Both the position numbers and the translations under genes were made by a program. The notes under the pieces were generated by a model. That model had not been told where the DNA came from. It saw only the letters and a list, made by a program, of their open reading frames with translations, and ran no database searches. Shown here piece by piece: positions 10,763 through 22,508 of a DNA stretch of 64,000 bases (position 1 is its first letter; every line of letters begins with the position of its first letter). Source of the DNA: Daphnia carinata (taxonomy: Eukaryota); NCBI RefSeq assembly GCF_022539665.2, contig NC_081333.1, forward strand, positions 7,068,001 through 7,132,000, read 5' to 3'.

Positions 10763-13700
10763 TTTTGGTGAAAACGTCAAACTGAATTCGTGCTTTTGTC
10801 GAATTTCTGAAATTAATTTAAATAACAACTAACAGTTGCTACGCTTAAAGAAGGTTGATGGTAAAACAATGTGATGTTCTGTCAAAGTAAATACGAATGG
10901 GAATGAAACTGTCGAGTCAAATGGTTGCGGGAGAGCGCGTATTTCAGTGCACAGTGGCTCGGTTGGGGAAAGACTGCCGGTATATTCCCATCATTCAGTC
11001 TTGGCCTGCACAGACGCCATCCGCGTATTTCGTTCAGACCTCTAGCAAGCTAGAGCAAGTCTTTTCAAAAATATGTTTTTCTCCCGCTTCAAACATCGCT
11101 TGTGGATAGCAGATACGTGAACGTCTTCTCTCCCGCTATTTTCTGTTCTCGCTCCGAATTGGTGGACATGGCAGTTGTTAATTCCATGCATCGGAGAGGC
11201 GATTTCCGATTTGCCGTCCGTAACCTTTCCCTTCAAATAAAAATGCGGAGCCAAAGGGAGACCTAGAGCGTTGGCGGTGTTATCGTATAACGGGTCCGTA
11301 ACGGGATGCGAGAAGTTGGCGTTTTGATTGCGTCACTCGGCAGAAGGAACTCAAGCAAATCCCAATTTGTTAAACATTTTATGACTTCAGAAGTTTCGTC
11401 GTTCTTTCACCGAAATAAAAGGAAGAAGCGTTAACGATATGTGAAATGACTGGAGTATGTCAGACTGGATGCTATTTAGTTGCCGATGGCGACTGACACG
11501 AACATACAATTACCTTCACAATAATTATACATCTAGTTTCGATTGCTCGAATACCATTTCTTATTCCAAGGTAGGACGGCTAAATAATTTCCTGTTGTCC
11601 CGCACATCTACTATTGTTGGGCTACAAGTGAGACGATCATCCCATTCTTACACCACATAGAACATTATATGTGTAGGGTTTTTTTCTCATCTGTTGAAGA
11701 ACACCGTGGTTGATATAGACCGTTAGTTACCATCAGTAAAACCTAAGAAGGATCTACCGAAGCGAATAACCACAGGTTTTTTTTTTTGAAAGGTTACGCT
11801 TCAGTTTGGATCTTTTTGAAAAGGAATGCTTGAGGGGTAATGCAGCGGGAGATCACGCGCGTTGCACCTGTCGTCCGTTGACGATTTATAAGGAGTCACG
11901 CTGCCTTTGCTTTATTTAAAAGAACGTTTTAAAATTTCGAATCTTCGTCGGCCGAAGCCAACAAGTATCAGTATAGAAGACGGTACTGTAATAGTGTTTC
12001 TCGCCCTTTCTATCCAATCCATTCCTTTGTTTTGATTCTGTGCCTCTTATAGCTAGAGCCATAGAATTCAAGAGAAAAGGAAAATGTTTTTATCAAGTTA
12101 CGATGCGCGATTATGGTGTGCGGTTTGGCTAACGGCTCTTTCCATTATATCAGTGTGTGGCCTGCATACAAATCTCAATTAGTTAAGTTATTTGTGTTTC
12201 ATTTTTGTTTGTATGCAGCTTAACCTAGAACTATTTTATTATCAAATTTCGAGAATATTAATGTCTTGCTGCCATCTTAAGGAATGTCATGAAAATGGAC
12301 GTTTCGAATCTTGCATCCTTCGCAATACAACCGATCGAAATCATTTGCGAAACGTTACACGATTACTACCAAATTTTCATATTAATAGAATTACTATTTT
12401 TTGTCCGTTTTGTGAAATGTGTTAGTCGATTTTTTAAACTTACATTGAAAACATACTCACGCCGTGGAAAGCTATATCGTGTAATTCATTCTATTTGTAG
12501 CCAGTGTAAGTATAGCTTTTCCTTTGAAATCATTTTTACGTATTGCACATGTTTTTCCCATCCCGGGAAGGTAGCACTGACTTAAGTATAACTAATAGGG
12601 AAACCCTACTGGCGTGAGACAGAACAGCTAGAAAAAGGCAATTGGTCGTCATCTCCCCGGGCAAATGGGAAGTTCATCCTTGATGTTTGAGTGTTCCAAG
12701 CTAAAGTGAAAAGCGTCGAATTTCAGGGCATTGACTCCCTGAATTCTTTATGGCCTGGAATCTTCTATATGCGAGCCTGAACGCTGAAAACATCGAGTGA
12801 ATTGTGTAGTTAAAACGCTGACTAATGCATATTTCAGAGAATGGACTGAAATTTTCAAAATGTGCGTCAGTATAACAAGTAATAACGATGACCGGTGCAA
12901 CATGTGCAACAAGGTCCTGAATAGACGAACACGCATAGTGGCTGAAATCGTGCGGATAACGGTTAACAACATTTCTGACTTTTCTTTTTAGCATCGAAAT
13001 TTAAAAAGTTTTGCATCCCGTCTAGTATAACGTCAGAATTCGTGGTGAGAAAAAGAAAGGGTTACAGGCCAGTAGTCTAAAGAAAGAGCACGCATTGGGG
13101 AATCCCGTTTCAGGCCTTCTTCGTCGACGAGTATGCCGACAGTTATGGATGATTTATATCTTTTAACACTGACAGTATAGGACGCCAATATAATTGATGT
13201 TATTATGCCCGCTGCAATGCGTCTATACGTCACGCTTCCGTTAGCTCAAAACACGTCGGACAATCTGAAACGTGTTGAACGGATGGGTGGATATACTGTC
13301 ATTCGGAATTAGCAGGGGGAAAATGAAAAAGCAGGATTGCAATGGAAGAGCAAGAGGGAAGAAAATAGGGCCGTCAACCTAACACCTGTCGGTGTTTTTT
13401 GCTCGTCTTTACATACGGCACGAATAATACATTTCTTTTTTCACGATTAGGTAAAGTAATTCAGAGATGTGTAATTTTGATAAAATAGAAACGGTCCGCT
13501 GTCAGTGCTTTGTTTTTTACTTTCTTTTGGCTGAATATAAAAAAAAAACATTACAGCAGTCTCGGTTGTAAAACACGTTTTGACGAGTGCTAGCGGTAAT
13601 AATTGAGAATTCATAGTTGATTGAACAATGACATGCCAACATAGTCTAAATATGTACCAGATCTATCATAATAAAATCTTGTGCGTCATTGATCAAGCGT

Positions 13701-14948
13701 TGCATGCACGTTTATGTGAAGTGATAGAATATACTGAATACATCTCAATGCTAATGGTGTGCGGCTGTTTCGCTCAATTAATCTTTATTTGGCCCTCTGT
13801 TATAAAGTGAATATAGTCTACAATGAGAATACAGACAAAAAAATACCATTGGGCTTTTCTTCTTTTAAAGGCAGGTGATTGGGATTGTGGCAGCCGTTCC
13901 GCTGTATAATTGGTGGCCGTTGGTGGTTCATTTTACATTTATGCTAGGAAACCGAATATAATTTAACTTCTCTTACAGTTATTTTTTTTTTGTAGTGCTT
14001 TGATCGTTTGACAAATATCAAGAAAGATAGACGTTTGACGTGGATGCCATCAGAGATCGTTATGCAAGGAAAAGGATTTATGCAGTCTACCGTAAAAAGA
14101 ACATTACAGTCTATAATTTAAAACTGTTACATCGAGGTTGTTGGTGATTATTTTCTCTAATTATTGTACAGTTACAATAAGCGCAGTCTCCAGTCAAAGG
14201 CCAACAATAAGACTTGTATGTTATTAGTAGAATTCTAAAATGTCTGTATGTACGCAAATATCTCTTTATATTAAATTAAGGAAATCTCAGCAAAGCCGAA
14301 AAAGCTGTTCATGAAAATTTGAATTCAATAAAGGTATCTGACAAAATAATACTACTCGAAAAATTAAAAAAAAATTTGTTCTATTTCTGCAAATCGTATT
14401 TGTTCGCTAGAAGTATAGAACTGGAAAATGCCAGTCCTTACGAAAAAGGACCAAGAACTTATAGTCCTTACAGAAAAGTTCTTAGTCATTGTAGAGATAG
14501 CACTAATTCTCTCATCGTTCGGTTTCACCGTCAGTCTTCTATATGATCAAGCATGATCCAGCAAAGGAAGTATAAAGGAAATGGAAACAAAATATTGCTT
14601 TATTTATGTTGCCTTGATGGACAATATATTTGTCAATTATTGGAAAACATTTCCCGTTTACATAATCCCTTTGTAACACGCTGCTAATACATAAAATATA
14701 TCCCTTTCCCCTAATGCAACGATAAACATTGACACAACATATTCATTTAACAAAACAATTAACAAATACGGCATACAAATGCCCGATCAAGGAGGTGACA
14801 GCTACAGTCACGATAACGGATAACATCTGGGTTTTGATGAAAGAAATGTTGGTCGGCCAAACTTATTAACAGTATAGGCATACATGTATCAAGCATATCA
14901 TATATCCTGCTATCAGGTAGCATGTGATCAATTTGAACCGTGTGCATA

Positions 14949-15238
14949 TTAATTAAGATGCGGACAGTTATTGAAGACCGCCGTACAATTTTCGCCGAAC
15001 CGGCCTTTCAAAGATGCGTCCAAGTAATTCAGGAAGCCGCTCTGATGTCGGTGGTGGAGCAGATAGCTAAGTGGTACACTGGACAACGAGACAGCGAGGC
15101 CCGTTGAACCCGGTGAATCTAGAGCCAGACGGTTCATCCGGCAAAGGGCTTTCAGAACACAAGCGTCACTGGATTCATCTTCGTCAGCGTTCCATAGTTC
15201 ATTTACCATAGATATCCAGGTAGGTGCATCCATCAGTT
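14949..15238 (-). CDS. Constant module C': single exon, DM4/DM12-like cysteine domain
   Basis: Acceptor ctcttttgcag|AA (phase 1) reads (E)LMDAPTWISMVNELWNADEDESSDACVLKALCRMNRLALDSPGSTGLAVSLSSVPLSYLLHHRHQSGFLNYLDASLKGRFGENCTAVFNNCPHLN*. Paralog of C. Minus-strand AATAAA at 14599-14604. Confidence 0.9.
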
Positions 15239-15777
15239 CTGCAAAAGAGAATGATAACATTACAAACAGGGAATAAATAGTGCCATTCCATCGCGATCTT
15301 TCTACAATTGTTGATTGTGGTGCTTCACTGAACGCTAACATAGCCCGGCGTTTAACGCAGGTTAACGCAATGGCTCAAGGCAAAAAACATCAGCCCTGCA
15401 TCGGATCTTAGCTGGAATTTTCAATGCTTTAAAAATATTTGCCCTTGAAATTCAGCTCTAAAGATTCTCTGTGTGCGTGTCTTTTACTGCCTGCTAGCTT
15501 ACAGCCATCCTAAAATACATCTTTAGGATATAGGTGATAACACTTATGCTAACGGCATAAAAAGGTTGTGCCAATAGTTTTCCACCAGCTGTTACAATGG
15601 AGGTTAAGAGATCGCGCTTGAATATGGAAGATGTGGCCTCTGGTCTTTTCCTGTAACTCTGCCAATATACTAAAATTCATATTCGAAGACAGCTATTCAT
15701 GGTATGGGCTTTAAATCAGGAGGACTAGTCGCACAAGTAATTGAACACACTGATGATCAAACTAGTCTATAATGTAC

Positions 15778-16471
15778 CTATATCAGACCAACTATTTTCG
15801 TCCGTAATGACATCGTTGTAGCTTGGGTCGTCGATCGATCGAGTCTGGGGTCGTCTCACGCGAACTGCTGGAGCCGCAGTAGTGGTTGTTGCAATAGCGA
15901 TCAAATAAAGTAAAAGAAGTGATAAAGCTGTGAGAGCAAGGATCGGAAGCAAATCGTCCTTCTTGTCGCAGCACCCGTAGCTACCACCTCCGCCATAACT
16001 GGAACCTGACGAATACTCTCCGTAACCACTGCGGTCCGGTTGTATTTGTTGAATAGACTTGTACATAGGAGGTCGCCGGCCTGAACCTCGCTTCCGACCT
16101 TCCTCCACCAGCCCACCAAATAAAGATGTACCCAAATCTTCTGCTTCATAATCAAGCTTCATCTTCGTGGATCGCTTATTCAGCCCATTTGTTCCTCGTA
16201 TATTCTTATTTTGTTGAAAAATCGCCATCAGAGGTGTGACATATTTAAGCATTCTCTTTAATGCTAACTCAGATTCGAGTTCTTCTTCCACTTCTTCCAT
16301 GTCGTTCCCAGCTAAATCATTGTAAGAATTAGAGGCCATGTTATACTCAGGTGGTAAGGAATGTTTGGCTGCATCCATACTGGATGGATTCAACGAATGT
16401 TCGGCCGCTTGCCCGGCGATGAAAATCAGCAGTAAACTGCAGGCAGTGTGGACGGCAATGAACTTATTCAT
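15778..16471 (-). CDS. Variable first exon V7 (joins C' via intron 15239-15777; about 327 aa)
   Basis: MNKFIAVHTACSLLLIFIAGQAA signal; ALKRMLKYVTPLMAIF; GGGGSYGCC; KDDLLPILALTALSLLLLYLIAIA; TTTTAAPAVRVRRPQTRS. Donor ATA G|gtacat, phase 1. Confidence 0.88.
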
Positions 16472-19382
16472 ACTGGTTTTGTTCTAACAAATAGAATGGC
16501 AAGAGGTAACTTCTAGAACCTTGAAATCAGCACACCTATCTTCAATTGTCAGCTTTTCGGTAAATTTGTTTCAGTATGATGAGCACAGAAGAAAACAACA
16601 GTGTACTGCGTGCGACTCTGGACGGAAAGAAACTGACTAGCCGTGTGAATGGTCCGTCTGAAAAGGTACCCGGCCACTATCAATGTGTTGTTCACATTTT
16701 TTTCATTTCCCTTTGTCCATCTTTTTCCTTGCTCTTCACTTTCACACTCGTGCAAAGAGCTGGTCGTCGTTCTGGAAGCTCCTCCTCCAATCCCAGGAGT
16801 TCGGCCCAGCAGGCAAAAGGCACCATTGGCTTATATGATTTTCTAAAGCCTTCTATAACACACGGAACTTAATTATATTAGACTTAACCGCAATGGAATT
16901 ATGCTTTCCTTGAAAGCGATATCGATATTCCCAAATACATCGATCTTTCCATTATGACTAACGAGACGAAAATTGCCGGCGGCCGCTGTAAAGTATCTCG
17001 TATTTTAAAGCAGATCAACGGAAATAATATTACTGACATATCCCGAGACTATCCGTTTAAAAATGCGGTCCTCATAAAACGTAAGTTACCATGAAATTTA
17101 TTATTGAACGGAATTGCTGATGTCCAATCGCGATCTCAATGGAGCATTTAGTTGAAGCCACTTTTCATACAATCATAAATCAAGCAACGACAGAATCTGT
17201 TACTTACAAAATACGACTTGAGCCGCCTCGTTGACCACGTACAGTTTCCTTGTCAATAAATTTGTGCTGGTTACAGTCATAACTACTGACCCGTTACGTG
17301 TTGTCCCTTGTAGCTAGATCTTGCTTCGGCTTCCCGGAGACAATTTCTTGGACAGGTCGAACGGGATAGCAATTTGTTGTTACAAATGGAATGCTTGCCC
17401 AAAGGATCGACGATGATATCGGGAAAAATAGATTTGGAATCGAACAGTAGGTTTATTTGATGATGGAAATCTTTAAGCTTTCAGTAAAATTGTAAGACTA
17501 TCAGTAATTATCGCCATAAATCAATCATCCTCGAAAACTCGTGACAATCGACAACTGGGAATAGGTTGACTTTCATGCTATTGCTATAAGAAGTATACAA
17601 GAGATTGCTGTCGAAATTCAAATAATACTAAAGGCTTATATTGTATTCCAGCGCGCTAATGAAATACCATATGGTCGTTGTAAGCAGTTTATTACATCTA
17701 TATCGGTCTTATGAAACCGGCATGTATGCAATCCCTGCTGTATGAAGCGCGAAAAGTCTTCATAATGAAGCAAACGGAGTTATAAAAGTTTGACACGTTG
17801 CAAGTCTAGCTGTAGCATGGGAAAAGGGGGTTGCTGTTCAAGCTCTAGCAAACATTTTCATATAGACAGTCTACGCAGGCAGCTAAACGTATATCTATGG
17901 TTTCATCTTGTTTACCTAGTAGCCGGTTCGTGTATTGTTTTACAACAACCAACTACTTGCAAACGTGAGATTTCGTACACAAGGTTGATGCTGTTTATCC
18001 GAATTCATCGGAACTCGAACAGCTTTATCAGATGGCTGCCAATTAGCTAATTACCTTTACAGCGTACTATAGTATGATTTGAACGACACCACCCAATATG
18101 TATCAAAGCGAGACATTATGTAAGCGAGAGCGACATAATTTTTTGCTCTCCTTGTTCGTAATTTGCTTAGAATAGTGATCGCTGTTTCGAATCGACTTTT
18201 GACAAACGGAATTATTGATGAGCTCCAAATGAAGGAAGTTGTTCGACTTCTATTGGACAAACAAATTTCCTAAGGAAGCAAGCTCAATACCATCTACTGT
18301 AGGTTCCGCACACTATAACCATACGATGCGTTTTGCCGTTATGCTATCGTTACACCGTAGCGATTACGTCAAACGTTACGTCATCCACATCGTGCCGCGT
18401 TCAACCGCAACTTTCTGGGAAAACCCTGGACACAGAGCACCGAATTGTGCTTGATTTGCCAACAGAGAGGCACATGGGCTAACTATGAAAAGTTAGGATA
18501 GGATGATCATTTGTCAACTTCCAAGTCTTCCAGGTGCATCGCTGCTAGACTAGGCTACATGTTTGAGCCATCTCGTGCAACATACACTTTTAAGGGTAAC
18601 GAACTAATGAACAACAATTTACCTCAGAACATTTTCTTACATTGCTCAGCAGGATCAAATGGCTAAAGAGCAACCACTGCTACAGCCACTGCTCAGTTGA
18701 GGAATGTATCCTGAAGGTTTAGGGCGCTAGACCGTAAGAAATTGGTAGCATTTACCGGGTGCACTCACACGGCAAAGCAAACTATCACACATCAACTTCC
18801 TTAAGCCAACAATTTCTTAGCTTACCGTATTCTCACCGAATCCTAAAATTGATTGTTGTGTAAGCTTTCGAAGTTTTCTTGACGTCGAGGATCAAGTAGC
18901 CTATCTGAGATTTATTGTACGTCTGGTCGAAAATTAAATCTCACACCTTTTACATACAAAAACTTGTTTCCAACGGTTTCATAAAATTCTGGAAAAACCC
19001 CACAAATTGGTGCTTCGGGCCAAAACCGAAACGGAAATTCGTTTTGCCAGAAGATATTTTCCTTTGTTTCGGTAAAAATTCACTTAATCGTTGCCAATTA
19101 GGCTCACAGTACTTTGTTTCTGTGTATGATTTCCACTAATCGTCTCAATTTCCCAATCAAGCTAATAGCCGATCACACTGTCATGTTGCTGTTGCTGTTA
19201 GATCAACACCCACGGCTAATTATCAAACGTGCACTTAAAATAGATTCATTTTGGGAAGATACATAAGTGGTTTTCTCCACAAGAGACTAGACCATACCAA
19301 AAGGCTTTCGCCATCTAAATTTTAATTATATCGCTCACCACCTGTTACGGTTTACTACAGAACCCTTATATTTAATAGTTAC

Positions 19383-19638
19383 CTGACGACGTAGATGGCT
19401 TAGACGAGTCAGATTGAAGAACATTGATTGCTCGTTTCTTTCTGCCGCTGCTTACGGTAGCTGCTAGAAGTAAATAAGCCAGGAGTGCAGTTACCAGCAA
19501 AAGTAATGCGATAAGAACAATATCAGAGTCATCCAATCCACAGCATTCGCCTCCGTAATCAGATCGTTCAGGCTGAGCCATTTGAAAGTTCGCCCATAAT
19601 GCGCTGTATCTAGCACGAAAACTATCCCACAAATTCAT
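19383..19638 (-). CDS. Variable exon V8 (no evident signal peptide; 5' end uncertain)
   Basis: MNLWDSFRARYSALWANF..DYGGECC; IVLIALLLLVTALLAYLLLA; ATVSSGRKKRA. Donor TCA G|gtaact, phase 1. An in-frame TAA lies 5 codons upstream of the ATG, and a possible acceptor (tattag|AC) ends at 19641. Confidence 0.72.
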
Positions 19639-20865
19639 GTCTAATATGACTTAGTTGATACAAGTTTTACGAACGATATGGATGGCACTAAGCGTTGTAG
19701 ATGTAGAACCAGAAGATGCAAAAATTGGAAAAAGCACAAAGCACTTCCTTATACAAGGCCTTTTGCTGACTAACTGAAAAGCACGTTACAAAGTTGCGCT
19801 TGTGTGTCTCGTGACGCGCAATCGGTAGAAACGGTGGGCAGCATTGCAACATAGACATTAGGAATCGCCGCCCTTAATATACGTCTACAAGGGTCTGTTT
19901 GCTATTTCTGTTCTTGCTTTATGTAATTGCTTCCGTTTCATTTTTGCTGGACTGCGTCGAGGTAATATTATGTCCGTGAATGTTTATTACATTAGTTTGA
20001 GCAATCCAACGAAAAGAGAAATATACACATATGCTATACTTCCTTCGTAGCTTTGGCGTAGCACGTCGCTATTTTGGGAAGAAGAAAAAGCTATAAAAGA
20101 TTATTTTAAATCATTAAAATGTAGCATTGCAATTTTACACAGTTGTTTCAAGCATTCTAAATTGAAGGCACGGCGGTTGAGAGGCAAACACGATGAAAAA
20201 CAGGAAGTCACAAGGAGCCAAAGCACCGCGCAGCATTTAGTTACCGTAGGTACTCTACTATAATTTTCTCTAATATTATAAACATTTACACAGAGATGTT
20301 ATCAGGTAAAATATAAGCTTTGGTTACGCAACCAAGTAAAAACGCAGTACTTTTAGTTTTAAAGAAATCGGAAGCTATTATATCAATTAAATGTTCACAT
20401 AAAAAACGAGCCTGTGCCCAATATGTAAGCTACACGCATCTAAGTTGGAAAGATCTGATGATGGACACTTTACAACTATTTAGAAATTAAAATCCTAATG
20501 ATGTTCACGAAGTTCCTGATCAATGAAAAGTTCAGTTCAATTAGAACAGCGTGCAGTGCCATGAGTAGTGCAAGGAATCAAGAAGACAATGTAATAAAGA
20601 CATTAGATTGCGACAATGTAAAGAAGAAGCATAACTTCCCAACCTTTTAGAAATTCTTTTTTCGCATCGCTTACATCATATTATTATCTATATTATCATC
20701 TCACCTAAACAGAATCCCTATCGGGAAATTCAGTATATTTAAGAACCAGCTGGTTTGACGAGAAAACGAATAATTTTTCTAAAATAAGTGTTTAATTAAG
20801 AGTATAATGTGTAACTTTTATAGAATTCCAAGTAGTATACCTTTATCGTCAAAATTTTGAGCTCA

Positions 20866-22508
20866 AAAATAAGCCCGACAAAATAAGCCCGACTTTTCCG
20901 CCAATTTTGTATTTTTCCAGCATCTTCAGTTTAGCAATGAACAGGTGTGCTTTAGATTCGAAATCAATGAGAATAACAAAAATGGGCCTGTTTATTTTGT
21001 CGGTTCTTAGTTTATTTTGAAAATGGCTGGTTTAGCGAGAAAACCACTAACATAATCGAATTCAGCGTTCAATTTTGACTATACCACGTGATTTTTATCG
21101 AATTCCGAGAGATGTCGTTTTTTGCCGATTTTGACAAAAGTGGGAAGGCTATAGCCTTCTCACTTTTTCATTTTTGGCCAAATTTCAAATTTGGCTTAAA
21201 GTACATGATTTCGATAGAGAATTGAACGCTGATTACGGAAATCAAGTTTGTTTTTCGATTGACCTTATAGTTTTTGAATTATACCAAAAAAACAAAAAAA
21301 TCGCTAGCATTGTGTAAAATGTTTGGCACATTTTTTAGTTTATTTTGAAGATGGATGGTTTAACGAGAAAAGCAGTAACATAATCGAACTCAGCGTTCAA
21401 TTTTGACTATGCCACGTGATTTTTATCGAATTCCGAGAGATGTCGTTTTTTGCCGATTTTGACAAAAGTGGGAAGGCTATAGCCTTCTCACTTTTTCATT
21501 TTTGGCCAAATTTCAAATTTGGCTTAAAGTACATGATTTCGATAAAGAATTGAATGCTGATCACGGAAATCAAGTTTGTTTTTCGATTGACCTTATAGTT
21601 TTTGAACTATACCAAAAAAACAAAAAAATCGCTAGCATTGTGTAAAATGTTTGGCACATTTTTTTAGTTTATTTTGAAGATGGATGGTTTAACGAGAAAA
21701 GCATTAATCGACCATTCAATTTTGACCATGCCACGTGATTTTTATCGAATTCCGAGAGATGTCGTTTTTTGCCGATTTTGACAAAAAATGGGAAGTGGGG
21801 GGTTTCTGGTATTCCCAAAGTGTTCTATAGCCTGGGGGAAAATTAATCACGCAGAATAATCGAACGTACACTGATTGCACGTTATGTTCAACTTATTTTA
21901 GAATGCCCAGTGGGATATTTTTTCATCAAATTGTTGGACTTGAAAATAAGCCCGACAAAATAAGCCTGACAAACTATGGCCGACTTTTCTACAAATTTTT
22001 TATTTTTCCCAAATGGTACAATTTAGCAATGAACAAATGTAGTTTTGATTGAAAATCAATGAAAATCCCGCAATTTGACTTCCTATTTTCATGAAATCAG
22101 AAATTTATGAAAAAAAGAAAAATCCAAAGTGCTGGCGTGCCAGCACGGTACAGCGCTGTCGTGCTACAGCACAATAGAGCACATGAATTACATTTCATTG
22201 TAGAATTTATCCCGACGTCATGCGGAAGCATCATATGGACACTTGTATAACAATAATAGAAAATTATTTCATATGGCGTGTGACATTTTTACTTTTTTTC
22301 TCACCAGTGTTGTTATGAACACTTACAATTCAATTAATTATGTCTCCTTACTCTTATGGAAATTGAATGAAAGACTATTACCTTTCTATGCAGATGCCTT
22401 AGCCTTTATCTGTAATACAAGATCATGGGCATTTATGTTTTGGTCTTCTCTTTCACCGAAAAATGTCGTTCGCAACAAAAGTCGGGCTTGTTTTTGTTTG
22501 TCGGGCTT
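20866..22508. mobile_element. Putative non-autonomous MITE/foldback-like element with AAGCCCGAC subterminal motifs and an internal tandem array
   Basis: aaaataagcccgac motifs at about 20866-20895; an approximately 110-120 bp diverged direct copy at 21943-22066; an inverted copy (aaaagtcgggctt...gtcgggctt) at about 22478-22508. AT-rich, no transposase ORF. True termini and TSD not resolved. Confidence 0.55.
21008..21795. repeat. Tandem repeat, about 328 bp unit, about 2.4 copies, each unit internally palindromic
   Basis: Anchor ccacgtgatttttatcgaattccgagagatgtcg recurs at 21084, 21412 and 21731 (spacing 328 and 319); copies are near-identical. Confidence 0.92.

Noticed and set aside
13033..13233. 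ORF with IILASYTVSVKRYK resembling a V-exon hydrophobic/basic end
   Set aside because: No N-terminal ATG or signal, no CC or GGYG, a stop immediately upstream and no clear phase-1 donor.
1944..19638. Calling the cluster Osiris genes
   Set aside because: Superficially similar (tandem cluster, signal, Cys pair, hydrophobic segment), but there is no AQxLAY tail or recognisable DUF1676, and the C-terminus has a DM4/DM12-like Cys pattern.
21008..21795. CRISPR-like array
   Set aside because: Eukaryotic context; long near-identical units with no unique spacers.
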